A stretch of 49,538 nt of DNA from Patescibacteria group bacterium (GTDB lineage: Bacteria > Patescibacteriota > Minisyncoccia > UBA6257 > GWB1-50-10): contig JASEHZ010000002.1 in the NCBI GenBank assembly GCA_030018585.1, positions 1-49,538 of the forward strand, given 5' to 3'. Position numbers and translations under genes: made by a program. The notes under the pieces are model-generated. The model had not been told where the DNA came from and made no database searches. It saw only the letters and a program-made list of their open reading frames with translations. Shown here in pieces: positions 25,694 to 35,081 of the stretch (the stretch's first letter is position 1; each line of letters opens with the position of its first letter).

Positions 25694-26278
25694 ATGTTTT
25701 ACACTATTAAGGGAATTTTAACTGAAAAAGGAAATAATTTTTTTGCGGTGGAATTAAACGGCATCGGGTTTAAAGTTTTGGCGAGCGAGCAGAATCTTTT
25801 GAAATTGCCTTCTTTGGGAAGCGAGCTTAAGATTTTCACTTTTTTATATGTTCGCGACGAGCAATTTGAGCTTTATGGGTTTTTAGAAGAGCAAGAAATG
25901 AAACTTTTTGAAATGTTAAATATAGTGGCTGGAGTGGGGCCTAAAACCGCGCTTGGCATTTTAGATGTTGATACAGCGCCGAACATAACAGCGGCAATTA
26001 TTGAAAAAAGAGCCGATCTTTTGACTCATGCGTCGGGCATTGGTCAAAAAACAGCTGAACGAATTATTTTGGAATTAGCGAACAAACTTAAATTGCCGCA
26101 CGCAAAAACTCTGACTGAAGAAGCAGATTTGAATAGGGAAGTTGAGGAAGCGCTTGTAGGATTGGGTTATTTGCGCAGTGATGTGAGAAAAATTTTGGAA
26201 AAAGCCGGCAAAGATTTAAAAACCGTTGAAGAAAGATTGCGTTTTGCTTTGTGTGAGTTAGGTCGGCGAAGATATTGA
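25694..26278 (+). CDS. ruvA: Holliday junction DNA helicase RuvA
   Basis: The N-terminal OB text is MFYTIKGIL....ELNGIGFKV. HhH motifs are GVGPKTALGIL and GIGQKTAERI. Length is 194 aa. Confidence 0.85.
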   Translation: MFYTIKGILTEKGNNFFAVELNGIGFKVLASEQNLLKLPSLGSELKIFTFLYVRDEQFELYGFLEEQEMKLFEMLNIVAGVGPKTALGILDVDTAPNITAAIIEKRADLLTHASGIGQKTAERIILELANKLKLPHAKTLTEEADLNREVEEALVGLGYLRSDVRKILEKAGKDLKTVEERLRFALCELGRRRY

Positions 26279-26280
26279 GT

Positions 26281-27546
26281 ATGGCGAATTTAAAATCGTT
26301 TTATCATTTGATTTTAGCTTTTTTAGGAAGCGTTATTTTTCGATGTCCCAGCCGGCGTCTTTTTATGGTTGGCGTGACCGGCACCAAAGGCAAATCAACG
26401 GTAATTGAGCTTATTAACGCGATTTTGGAAAAGGCCGGCAAAAAAACCGCTCTTTTTTCTTCGGTTAGAAAAAAGATATGCGACCGAGAGTCTAAAAACA
26501 TTTCCGGCAATACGATGCCTGGCCGGTTTGTAATTCAGGAGTTTTTGCGAGAAGCCGTAAAAGCTAAATGCGAATACGCTTTGATTGAGGTTACTTCTCA
26601 GGGGGTGTTGCAGCATCGGCACAAGTTTATTGATTGGGATGCGGCGATTTTTATTAATCTTGCGCCAGAACATATTGAAGCGCACGGTTCGTTTGAAAAA
26701 TACCGCGATGCTAAAGTTGAATTTTTTAAATACCTTAATAAGTCTAAAAAAGAAATAAAATATTTTTTTATCAACGAAGAAGACTCTAATCATCATTATT
26801 TTGAGGAAGTAGTCAAAAATGTCCCGGGCGGAAAAATCATTTTTTTCAGCCGAGAAAGATTTATTAAAGAAGACTTATGGTCTCATTATGATTTAAATTC
26901 AAAAGAAAGCCGTTGTCTGATCGGTGAATGGTTGGTGGCGGATTTTAATTTAGAAAATGCTTCCGCGGCCGTAGCTTTTGCTCGGTCTAGAAATATTAAT
27001 TGGAACATAATCAAAGAAGCCTTGGAGAATTTTAAGGGCGTGCCGGGCCGGCTTGAATTTGTCCAAAAATCGCCTTTTGCGGTCGTGATTGATTATGCTC
27101 ATACGCCGGATTCTTTAAAAAAAGTTTACGAAACATTAGAGCCGTCATCGTTTTCACCACGTTCAGTCGGAAAAATGATTTGCGTTTTAGGTTCAGCAGG
27201 CGGCGGCAGAGACAAGTGGAAGCGCGCGGAAATGGGCAAGATTGCCGCGACTTATTGCGATAAAATAATTTTGACTAATGAAGATCCGTACGATGAAAAT
27301 CCTGCTGATATTTTAAAACAAATTGAAAATGGTTTTTTGGAAGCGCCGCGGTCGCGGTCTAAACCAGAAAATTATTTTAAAATTCTTGATCGCCGGAAAG
27401 CTATTAAAAAAGCCATATCTTTAGCTCAAAAAGGCGATGTGGTTGTGATTACCGGAAAAGGCAGCGAACAATTTATTCATTTAGAACGCGGCAAAAAAAT
27501 TTCTTGGAATGAAAGAAAAACAGTTGAAGGAGCATTAAAATCTTGA
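26281..27546 (+). CDS. murE: Mur ligase, MurE-like (short N-terminus)
   Basis: The P-loop is GVTGTKGKST, with DYAHTPDSL and GSAGGGRDKWKR motifs. I prefer the ATG at 26281, just after the ruvA stop, over the TTG at 26275. Confidence 0.7.
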   Translation: MANLKSFYHLILAFLGSVIFRCPSRRLFMVGVTGTKGKSTVIELINAILEKAGKKTALFSSVRKKICDRESKNISGNTMPGRFVIQEFLREAVKAKCEYALIEVTSQGVLQHRHKFIDWDAAIFINLAPEHIEAHGSFEKYRDAKVEFFKYLNKSKKEIKYFFINEEDSNHHYFEEVVKNVPGGKIIFFSRERFIKEDLWSHYDLNSKESRCLIGEWLVADFNLENASAAVAFARSRNINWNIIKEALENFKGVPGRLEFVQKSPFAVVIDYAHTPDSLKKVYETLEPSSFSPRSVGKMICVLGSAGGGRDKWKRAEMGKIAATYCDKIILTNEDPYDENPADILKQIENGFLEAPRSRSKPENYFKILDRRKAIKKAISLAQKGDVVVITGKGSEQFIHLERGKKISWNERKTVEGALKS

Positions 27547-27548
27547 AA

Positions 27549-27965
27549 ATGAGGCTTTATAAAGTTTTAAACCACACCGCAGACATAAAACTTCAGATTT
27601 TCGGCCATACAGAAGAAGAGCTTTTTCAAAACGCGGTTTTGGCATTAAATTCTGTTCTTTTGGGCGGGGAGCAAAAAATAGAATTTATTTCCCAAGGTTA
27701 TGAAAAAATTGTTATTAAAAGCAATAATTCTGGTTTTTTGCTCGTAGCTTTTTTAAACGAAATTTTAACAAGAAGCCAGATTAATAAAAAAGTTTATGAA
27801 AAAATCAAATTTTTGAAATTTAATGAAACAAATTTAGAGGCCCAGATTTTTGGGAGAAATGTGAGAATTTTTAAAGAAGACATAAAAGCCGTGACTTATC
27901 ATGACGTGAAAATTAAGAGAAATAAAAAGGGCATATTAGGAACTATAATTACGCTTGACATCTAA
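27549..27965 (+). CDS. archease
   Basis: It contains YKVLNHTADIKLQIFG and a C-terminal KAVTYHDVKI. It starts 3 nt after the murE stop and lies two genes upstream of rtcB. Confidence 0.75.
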   Translation: MRLYKVLNHTADIKLQIFGHTEEELFQNAVLALNSVLLGGEQKIEFISQGYEKIVIKSNNSGFLLVAFLNEILTRSQINKKVYEKIKFLKFNETNLEAQIFGRNVRIFKEDIKAVTYHDVKIKRNKKGILGTIITLDI

Positions 27966-28033
27966 GTTGAAGCACTATAATATCTTTATAGCTCATTTCA
28001 TCGAACTAAATAACAAATAAAAGGAGATGCATC

Positions 28034-28459
28034 ATGAGTGTTTTAAAAGTTCTGGAATGTTCTTCTAATTCCGACCATATAGTGATAGCGGGAGACCGGT
28101 TTTGTCGGTGTGGCGCGAAAACGAGATATGTACCCCATAAGCGGTTCGCAGTGTGTAATTGGTGTAATGAACTTGTTGGTGTAGGAGGGCACTGTCGATA
28201 TTGTGGGAGAATTTACGAGGAAGCTACAACTGTTCGTCCAAAAAATTTTGTCTCAAAATACGTTTCTCTGATTGATAAGATCTTTAGTAGTTTTGCAGCG
28301 ACTCTCGGTTTTATAACAGTATGCGTAATGTTAGTGCCCATAATTATAATGATTGGTTCGCTTTTTGGTTTACAAATTTCTGGACCTCTTGCCGTATTGA
28401 TGGTCGCGATGTTTGGAGGAATTAGTTTTGGAATTAGCAATAGACATAGTGGTTTTTGA
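28034..28459 (+). CDS. zinc-ribbon protein with C-terminal transmembrane helices
   Basis: It has an AAGGAG RBS. Cys pairs are CRC, CNWC and CRYC. Two hydrophobic helices sit at the C-terminus. Confidence 0.5.
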   Translation: MSVLKVLECSSNSDHIVIAGDRFCRCGAKTRYVPHKRFAVCNWCNELVGVGGHCRYCGRIYEEATTVRPKNFVSKYVSLIDKIFSSFAATLGFITVCVMLVPIIIMIGSLFGLQISGPLAVLMVAMFGGISFGISNRHSGF

Positions 28460-28536
28460 ATTAAGCAATAATCTTTGAATATATTTTGTGATATATTTTG
28501 GGTAAGATGTAAGATTTTTTAGATAATTTAATTTTT

Positions 28537-28567
28537 AATCCCACCCAATATGGCCGGGTGGGATTTT
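28537..28567 (+). terminator. terminator-like hairpin
   Basis: AATCCCACCC-loop-GGGTGGGATT is followed by TT, about 80 nt after the stop at 28459. Confidence 0.4.
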
Positions 28568-28583
28568 GCTACAATTAGTTTGA

Positions 28584-29978
28584 ATGGATAAAAGCATTTT
28601 GAATAAAATCAGCGATTTTATTTGGGAAATTCCGCAAAGCTATCAGCAGGACATGCGTGTGCCAGCCAGGATTTTTGCGAGCGAAAAAATTTTGCGCGAT
28701 GTTTTAAAAGACGAATCTTTGGAACAGGTGGTGAATGTTTCAACTTTGCCCGGTATTCAAAAATATTCTTATGCCATGCCGGATATTCATGAAGGATATG
28801 GGTTTCCTATTGGCGGGGTGGCGGCAATGGATATTAATGAGGGCGTGATTTCGCCGGGCGGTATTGGTTTTGACATAAATTGCGGCGTGCGGCTTTTACG
28901 AACAGAAAAAACATTTGATGAAATAAAAAATAAAATTTCAGAGTTTACAAGTGCAATTTATAAAGAAGTGCCGTCAGGTGTCGGAGTTGGCGGTCGGTTT
29001 AAAATGGTTAACAAAGAATTGGATGCAGTTTTAGCGTACGGCGCAGAAGAAATGTTAAAAAAAGGATACGCTATGGAGGATGATCTGAAAAATTGTGAAT
29101 CCGGCGGTTGTTTAAAAGAAGCTGATCCGGGCTTAGTTTCAAAACGTGCCAAAGATCGCGGGCGGGATCAATTAGGTACAATCGGCGCCGGCAACCATTT
29201 TATTGAAATTCAAAAAGTCCAGGAAATTTTTAATGAAGAATGTGCGAGAAAATGGGGTTTATTTAAAAACCAGATAACGATTTTAATTCATTGCGGATCG
29301 CGTGGTCTTGGCCATCAAGTAGCGACAGATTATATTCAAACAATGTTAAATTCGCTTTCAAAATATAATATTTCAGTTTGCGATTCGCAGCTCGCCTGTG
29401 CGCCTTTTAGCTCTTACGAAGGTCAGAATTATTTTGGCGCAATGTCCGCAGCCGCGAATTTTGCTTGGGCTAACCGGCAGTTGATTACTTGGGAAGTGCG
29501 GGAGGCGTGGCGTAAGGTTTTTGGTTTTACGGCGGGTTTAGAATTGAAACTTGTTTATGACGTGGCGCATAATATTGCAAAAATAGAGGAATACGGCGGT
29601 AGAGAGATGGTTGTTCACAGAAAAGGGGCAACCAGGGCGTTTCCGGAGCAGCCGGTTCTGATTCCTGGGTCAATGGGCACAGCTTCTTATGTTTTAGTTG
29701 GCGCCGAAGAATCACTGAAAAGCAGTTTTGGAAGCTGTTGCCATGGGGCGGGTCGGGTTATGTCGCGAACTAGAGCCAAAAAAACTGTCCGCGGTTCAGA
29801 ATTAAAAAAAGACTTGGAAGAAAAAGGCATTTTTATAAAAGCCGGCTCAATAGCAGGATTGGCCGAAGAAGCGCCGGTTGCTTATAAAGACATAGATGAA
29901 ATTGTAAGCATTGTTCATGAAATAGGATTGGCAAAAAAAGTGGTGCGATTAAAACCATTAGGAGTAATTAAAGGATAA
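28584..29978 (+). CDS. rtcB: RNA 3'-phosphate ligase RtcB
   Basis: Motifs are GGIGFDINCGVR, GAGNHFIE, HCGSRGLGHQ and CHGAGR. Length is 464 aa. Confidence 0.92.
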   Translation: MDKSILNKISDFIWEIPQSYQQDMRVPARIFASEKILRDVLKDESLEQVVNVSTLPGIQKYSYAMPDIHEGYGFPIGGVAAMDINEGVISPGGIGFDINCGVRLLRTEKTFDEIKNKISEFTSAIYKEVPSGVGVGGRFKMVNKELDAVLAYGAEEMLKKGYAMEDDLKNCESGGCLKEADPGLVSKRAKDRGRDQLGTIGAGNHFIEIQKVQEIFNEECARKWGLFKNQITILIHCGSRGLGHQVATDYIQTMLNSLSKYNISVCDSQLACAPFSSYEGQNYFGAMSAAANFAWANRQLITWEVREAWRKVFGFTAGLELKLVYDVAHNIAKIEEYGGREMVVHRKGATRAFPEQPVLIPGSMGTASYVLVGAEESLKSSFGSCCHGAGRVMSRTRAKKTVRGSELKKDLEEKGIFIKAGSIAGLAEEAPVAYKDIDEIVSIVHEIGLAKKVVRLKPLGVIKG

Positions 29979-29980
29979 TA

Positions 29981-30008
29981 AAAAGCCGATTATTCAATCG
30001 GCTTTTTT
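29981..30008. terminator. bidirectional terminator between convergent genes
   Basis: AAAAGCCGAT-TATTCA-ATCGGCTTTT is flanked by A/T runs. It overlaps the stop of the minus-strand ORF. Confidence 0.6.
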
Positions 30009-30322
30009 AATTCTTGCACCAATTTTCTGACCTCATCATTAGAAAGACTTGTAATATCTTCTACTTCATAAGAAATATATTTATATCGTGGACAATTCAT
30101 GCTAACAAGCGAGGCTCGAGAGAAACTCAAGCGAGGATATTGTTTTTTTAAGGCATTAAAAAACAAAAATCTTGCTTGTGCTTCAGTTTCTGCCCAGCGA
30201 TAAAGTTCAAATGGCGTGTTTGAATTTCGGATTCTAATTTCTCCGACGCCGACAAATTTTCTTTTTTTCGTTTCCAATTCAATTTCCTTTCCATTTTTTA
30301 ATAAAAATTCTATAAATAACAA
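29990..30322 (-). CDS. hypothetical protein
   Basis: A 110-aa ORF with no recognisable motif. It overlaps the upstream ORF. Confidence 0.4.
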   Translation of the reverse strand: MLFIEFLLKNGKEIELETKKRKFVGVGEIRIRNSNTPFELYRWAETEAQARFLFFNALKKQYPRLSFSRASLVSMNCPRYKYISYEVEDITSLSNDEVRKLVQELKKPIE

Positions 30323-30590
30323 TATCGCCTAGAGACAAACCTAGAAAAAAACCGAAAGCCATTGAAGCAACCATTGCGAAAGGCTTGTTAAAAAGAATTA
30401 TCCCAATAAAACCTAAAATAAGAACAAGCTGTCCGTAATTCTTTATTGTTCCGCGCCAATTCAATTTAAAAAAACAAAGAGTATTTTTCTTCAGTTTTTG
30501 TTTAAGGGAAAGATAAGAAAAAATATAATTAAGCAAAAAACACGCAATAAAGATTGGCAAGAAGTCCAGGTAAAGATTTCCGAAATCCAT
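30279..30590 (-). CDS. hypothetical membrane protein
   Basis: A 103-aa ORF with three hydrophobic segments. Confidence 0.4.
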   Translation of the reverse strand: MDFGNLYLDFLPIFIACFLLNYIFSYLSLKQKLKKNTLCFFKLNWRGTIKNYGQLVLILGFIGIILFNKPFAMVASMAFGFFLGLSLGDIVIYRIFIKKWKGN

Positions 30591-30714
30591 TATAAATCCT
30601 TATATTTGGTTGTAAGATTCTGTTGTAATTATACATTTTAATAAATTGAAAGTCAAGACTTGTTTTAAAATCATAGCTTATTTAGTTCGTTGGTTTATAA
30701 TAATTAAGGGATTT

Positions 30715-30836
30715 ATCCCGTTAGAGACAATAATTCCATGATTTTCAAAACAAGCCTTATGATATATAAGAAAAGTCGATTGCCGTTAAAACGGCTGATT
30801 TACGGTCGTCCGAAGACGACCTGTCTCTAACGGGAT
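30715..30836. repeat. Inverted-repeat-framed cassette E2 (copy 2 of 3)
   Basis: The arms are perfect 15-nt repeats: ATCCCGTTAGAGACA (30715-30729) and TGTCTCTAACGGGAT (30822-30836). An inner hairpin GGTCGTC-CGAA-GACGACC (30804-30821) abuts the right arm. The ATG at 30835 is inside the arm. Confidence 0.8.
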
Positions 30837-32190
30837 GAAACTTACTTTTTGTGGTGGGGCAAAGTCAGTAACAGGTTCCAATTATTTACTTGAATCTGGA
30901 GGCAAGAAAATTTTAATTGATTGCGGACTTCATCAGGGCGGTTCTTATTCTGAATCCCAGAATTTTGAACCATTTCCTTATAAACCGGAGGAAATTGAAG
31001 CGGTTTTTATTACTCATGCTCATATCGATCATATTGGTCGTTTGCCTCAGTTTTGCCGGGCGGGTTTTAGGGGTCAGATTTTTTCAACGCCGCCCACTAA
31101 GGATTTTGGTGAATTTTTACTGTTAGATTCTGAGCATATTCTTCGGGAAGAAGCGCAAAAACGGAAAAAGCCGCCGCTTTATGAGATTAGCGATGTGGTA
31201 GCGACCATGGCTTTGTGGCACAAAGTTTCTTATCACGAAAAAACAAACATTTCTGGTTTTGAAATTGAATTTTTTGATGCTGGTCATATTTTAGGTTCAA
31301 GTTCGATTGTTATTTCTGTTGAAGGCAAGCGAATAGTTTTTTCCGGAGATTTGGGCAATAATCCGTCGCCATTTATCAATTCAACGGAATATATTGAAAA
31401 TGTTGATTACGCGCTTATTGAATCGGTTTACGGCAATAGGATTCATGAAGAAGTGGATCGTCGTAAGGAAATCCTGGAAGATTTAATTGAAGATACGGTA
31501 AAAAACATGGGTGTTTTTTTGATTCCGGCTTTTGCTCTGGAACGGACTCAGGAAATGATTTTTGAGCTTAATGGACTTGTTGAAAATGGTCGGATTCCCA
31601 GAGCGCCGGTTTTTATTGATAGTCCCTTAGCCATAAAACTTACAGCCGTTTACCAGAAATATTCTGAAAATCCGCTGTATTTTAATTCAGAGTCAATGAG
31701 ATTATTAAAAAAAGGTGATGCAATATTTAATTTCCCCGGACTTAAGATGGCGCTCACCACCGAGCAATCTAAGGACATAAATAACGTGCCGCCGCCAAAA
31801 GTTATTATTGCCGGTTCCGGCATGTCAAATGCCGGAAGAATTTTACATCACGAGTTGCTTTATTTATCAGATCCCAAGAATACGATTTTGATTATCGGTT
31901 ATCAAGCCAGCGGATCGCTCGGTCGAAACTTAATTGATGGTGCGAAAACTGTGAAAATTTTTGGGAAAACCGTTTCTGTTGGATGTAAAACAGAATCGAT
32001 CAGCGGTTATTCGGCGCATGCGGATCAGAACCAGCTCTTAAAATGGGTAGAACCGATGCGTTTAAGTGTTAAAAAAGTTTTTGTGGTTCAAGGCGAAGAA
32101 GATCAGGCCTTACCGTTAGCCCAGAAAATAAGAGATGAATTAGCGGTTGAAACCGAAGTTCCTTCACCGGGCGATACCGTGGTGTTATAA
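30835..32190 (+). CDS. MBL-fold beta-CASP ribonuclease (CPSF/RNase J-like)
   Basis: The N-terminus is MKLTFCGGAKSVTGSNYLL and the HxHxDH motif is HAHIDHIGRLP. A beta-CASP and C-terminal region (SAHAD) follow. Confidence 0.85.
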   Translation: MKLTFCGGAKSVTGSNYLLESGGKKILIDCGLHQGGSYSESQNFEPFPYKPEEIEAVFITHAHIDHIGRLPQFCRAGFRGQIFSTPPTKDFGEFLLLDSEHILREEAQKRKKPPLYEISDVVATMALWHKVSYHEKTNISGFEIEFFDAGHILGSSSIVISVEGKRIVFSGDLGNNPSPFINSTEYIENVDYALIESVYGNRIHEEVDRRKEILEDLIEDTVKNMGVFLIPAFALERTQEMIFELNGLVENGRIPRAPVFIDSPLAIKLTAVYQKYSENPLYFNSESMRLLKKGDAIFNFPGLKMALTTEQSKDINNVPPPKVIIAGSGMSNAGRILHHELLYLSDPKNTILIIGYQASGSLGRNLIDGAKTVKIFGKTVSVGCKTESISGYSAHADQNQLLKWVEPMRLSVKKVFVVQGEEDQALPLAQKIRDELAVETEVPSPGDTVVL

Positions 32191-32206
32191 TAGTTAAGAT
32201 AGAACC

Positions 32207-32827
32207 ATGTCTAGAAAAATAATTCCCGTTAAAAGTCACGCCGAACATAGCCACAAATTAAAATATAAAATTTGCGTTTCTGGCGCAGCTGAAACCGGCC
32301 ATTGCAACAAAGATGCTTTGGAAAAAGCCGAAATTGTCGGACGGGAAGTAGCAAAAAGAGGATTAGTTTTGGTGACTGGCGCGACGACCGGCATCCCTTA
32401 TTGGTCGGCAAAAGGCGCAAAAGCTGAAGGAGGGATTGTGGTTGGTTTTTCGCCGGCGGCTTCAAAAGCCCAGCATATAAAAACATATCATTTGCCGACT
32501 GATTATCATGATATTATTGTTTATACCGGTTTTGAGTATGCCGGCAGAAATTTAATTTTAACAAGGTCATCTGATGCAATTATTGTGATTTGCGGCCGTT
32601 TAGGCACTTTAAATGAATTCACTATTGGTTTTGAAGATCAAAAACCGATGGGTATTCTTTTGGGTAGTGGCGGCGTGGCTGATTTAATTCCTGGCCTTTT
32701 GGAAAATGCTCATCGGGGTCCAGGCAAAGTAATTTTTTCTCATGATCCGGCCGAACTTCTTGATAAACTTCTCGATTTAGTTGAATCTGAAGAAGAAGCA
32801 AATAACGTAAAAGGTCGGGTGTTTTAA
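32207..32827 (+). CDS. TIGR00725/LOG-like Rossmann-fold protein
   Basis: It contains KICVSGAAETGHC, VLVTGATTGIP and GGIVVGFSP, with GTLNEF near the C-terminus. Confidence 0.55.
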   Translation: MSRKIIPVKSHAEHSHKLKYKICVSGAAETGHCNKDALEKAEIVGREVAKRGLVLVTGATTGIPYWSAKGAKAEGGIVVGFSPAASKAQHIKTYHLPTDYHDIIVYTGFEYAGRNLILTRSSDAIIVICGRLGTLNEFTIGFEDQKPMGILLGSGGVADLIPGLLENAHRGPGKVIFSHDPAELLDKLLDLVESEEEANNVKGRVF

Positions 32828-32835
32828 ATATTTCC

Positions 32836-33102
32836 GTGGCAACAAAAAAAGAACCAAAACCAATCGGTGTAGTCACTCACTATTTCGGCGGCATTAGCGT
32901 GGCAATTGTTAAATTTAACAAAGCCGTTGATGTCGGCACCAAAGTGCATTTTAGGGGGGCAACCACTGATTTTGAAGAAACAATAAAATCAATGCAGTTT
33001 AATCATGAAGATATTAAAACCGCCAAGAAAAATCAGGAAGTCGGCATTAAAGTTGGCGATAAAGTAAGAGAAGGCGATGAAGTTTATGCCGTTGAAGAAT
33101 AA
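32836..33102 (+). CDS. small translation-elongation-factor-like beta-barrel protein
   Basis: An 88-aa ORF with a GTG start. IGVVTHYFGGISVAIVKF...GDEVYAV resembles the stand-alone EF-Tu-domain-2-like proteins. Confidence 0.5.
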   Translation: MATKKEPKPIGVVTHYFGGISVAIVKFNKAVDVGTKVHFRGATTDFEETIKSMQFNHEDIKTAKKNQEVGIKVGDKVREGDEVYAVEE

Positions 33103-33124
33103 GGTTATTTTTTGATAAATTGTT

Positions 33125-34234
33125 ATGGGTAAAAATTCAGTGCTAGCAATTGGATTGTTGGCTGGTACGATTATTGGCGCAGGGATTTTTTCACTGCCTT
33201 ATATTGTAAGCCGCTTAGGTATTTTAAGCGGTTTTTTTTATTTAATTGCTTTTGCGTTGATTTATTTTTTTATTCATTTTATGTATGCTGAAATAATTAA
33301 AGCCGGTAGCGAAAAGCACCAGTTTTTTTATTTTGCGGAAAAATATTTGTCAAAAAAAATCGCTCATTTCGCTTCTTGGGTAGTGCTTGCCGGTTTGGTT
33401 TTCGCTCTTACAGTTTATTTGATTTTAGCGCCGACTTTTTTTGAAATTGCTTTTGGTATTTCGGCAAATTTAGCAGTTTTTATTTTTTGGTTTTTAGGAT
33501 CAGTTTTTATGTTTGCCCGTCTTAATGTCCTTGGTTGGGCGGAAGTTTTGGGAATAGTTGGTATCTTTAGCATTATTTTTATAGTTCTTTTTTCTTCTTT
33601 TGGTTTAGAACTTAAAACGCCGATTTTTCAAAAAATTGATTTACCACTATTTCTTTTGCCGTTCGGGCCTCTGCTTTTTTCTTTAGCTGGTCGGTCAGCT
33701 ATTCCGGAGGTGGTGGCGGAATATAAAAGCGCAGCAAAACAAGGAAAAGTAATTAATCTGAAAAAAGTGATTTTTTGGGGAACGATTATCCCAGTAATTG
33801 TTTACGGATTTTTTATAGTAAGCGTCCTTAAAATAAGTCCTCAAGTGTCGCCGGAAAGTCTAGACAGTTTAACGGGTTTATCACCCACACTTTTTTCTCT
33901 TTTAGGAATAATGGGACTAATTACGCTTTGGACTTCTTATTTTGTTATTGGCATTAACGTAAAAGATATTTTATCTCTTGATTTAAAATACCCTAAATTT
34001 ATCAGCGCCTTAATTGTTCTTATTGTTCCGCCTCTTTTTTATTTTTTGGGCATCAGGAATTTTTTGGAAACTTTAAGCATTGCCGGCGGCGTATTTGTGG
34101 CATTGGAGAGTATTTTTGTGGTTATGATGTGGCAAAAAGCTTTTCCGACGAGTAAATGGCGTCAGATAAGTTTTTTGCTTTATGCTGTTTTTATTGCCGC
34201 CATTGTTTATCAATTTATAAATTTTGTATTTTAA
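33125..34234 (+). CDS. amino-acid-permease-like polytopic membrane protein
   Basis: It has about 10-11 hydrophobic helices. The N-terminal GTIIGAGIFSLPY motif is typical of amino acid/aromatic amino acid permeases. Confidence 0.55.
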   Translation: MGKNSVLAIGLLAGTIIGAGIFSLPYIVSRLGILSGFFYLIAFALIYFFIHFMYAEIIKAGSEKHQFFYFAEKYLSKKIAHFASWVVLAGLVFALTVYLILAPTFFEIAFGISANLAVFIFWFLGSVFMFARLNVLGWAEVLGIVGIFSIIFIVLFSSFGLELKTPIFQKIDLPLFLLPFGPLLFSLAGRSAIPEVVAEYKSAAKQGKVINLKKVIFWGTIIPVIVYGFFIVSVLKISPQVSPESLDSLTGLSPTLFSLLGIMGLITLWTSYFVIGINVKDILSLDLKYPKFISALIVLIVPPLFYFLGIRNFLETLSIAGGVFVALESIFVVMMWQKAFPTSKWRQISFLLYAVFIAAIVYQFINFVF

Positions 34235-34968
34235 GTTTGTTTTAGAAACAGTGAATCCCAAATTACATTGAACATTGCGCTTTGCATTTGCGCTAATTCC
34301 TCGCTTTCGATTAAAACCATTACTAAGTCAGCTTTAAGAGAAAACATTGCAATTTTGTTTTTCCACATAAAAGTAAGGCCGTGATATTCGTATTTTACCG
34401 GAATAATTCTCACTTCTCTTAATTCCTGGGGTCCTAAGCGTTGCCGTTCGCGAGCTTTTGGCGATTCGCGCAAAATTACTTTGATCGGAATTTTCGCTTT
34501 AATGCGCTTTTTTACAAATTCAGGAAACACTTCATCAAGAACAGTAAAAAGATCGTCAGCTGAAGAAAAAGCTTTTAGTTCTTTAGCTTCTTTTAGGATT
34601 TCTTCAAGCATGATTCGCGCGCCTTCTTTGCCTTGGTAAAAACGGACTGTGGGGCGCGTTTTTGCTTTTCCGTATAGTGCTGTAAATTCCGGTAAAGCGT
34701 GTTCTAAAAGTTTGGCGCGTTCTTTGGCAAAATCAGAAAGTTTTTTAGGTTCTTCTGTGCCGTAGTTCAAAACATTATGCTTTTGAAGCGAGTACACCAA
34801 TGCTTTATTTTTTAAAGACTCTAAAATTTCATACGTGGTAGATCGGGCGATGCCCGCTTTTCTCGCAATCTTCTGCACAGAGGATTGGCCGAGTTCAAGC
34901 ACAGCAAGATATACTGACGCTTCCTTTTGATTTAATCCGAATTGTTTAAGAATTTTTTCTAAATCCAT
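34231..34968 (-). CDS. TrmB-family transcriptional regulator
   Basis: The N-terminal wHTH is LGLNQKEASVYLAVLELGQSSVQKIARKAGIARSTTYEILESL. Length is 245 aa. Confidence 0.75.
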   Translation of the reverse strand: MDLEKILKQFGLNQKEASVYLAVLELGQSSVQKIARKAGIARSTTYEILESLKNKALVYSLQKHNVLNYGTEEPKKLSDFAKERAKLLEHALPEFTALYGKAKTRPTVRFYQGKEGARIMLEEILKEAKELKAFSSADDLFTVLDEVFPEFVKKRIKAKIPIKVILRESPKARERQRLGPQELREVRIIPVKYEYHGLTFMWKNKIAMFSLKADLVMVLIESEELAQMQSAMFNVIWDSLFLKQT

Positions 34969-35081
34969 AAAAATACGTGCGTTTTAATTTATCTTTTTAA
35001 AATCAAATTTATAAGTTTGGTTTATAGACTCGGTTAAATATTAAATTTATTGTTTCAGCATTCCTTTGATTTCTAGTATCT

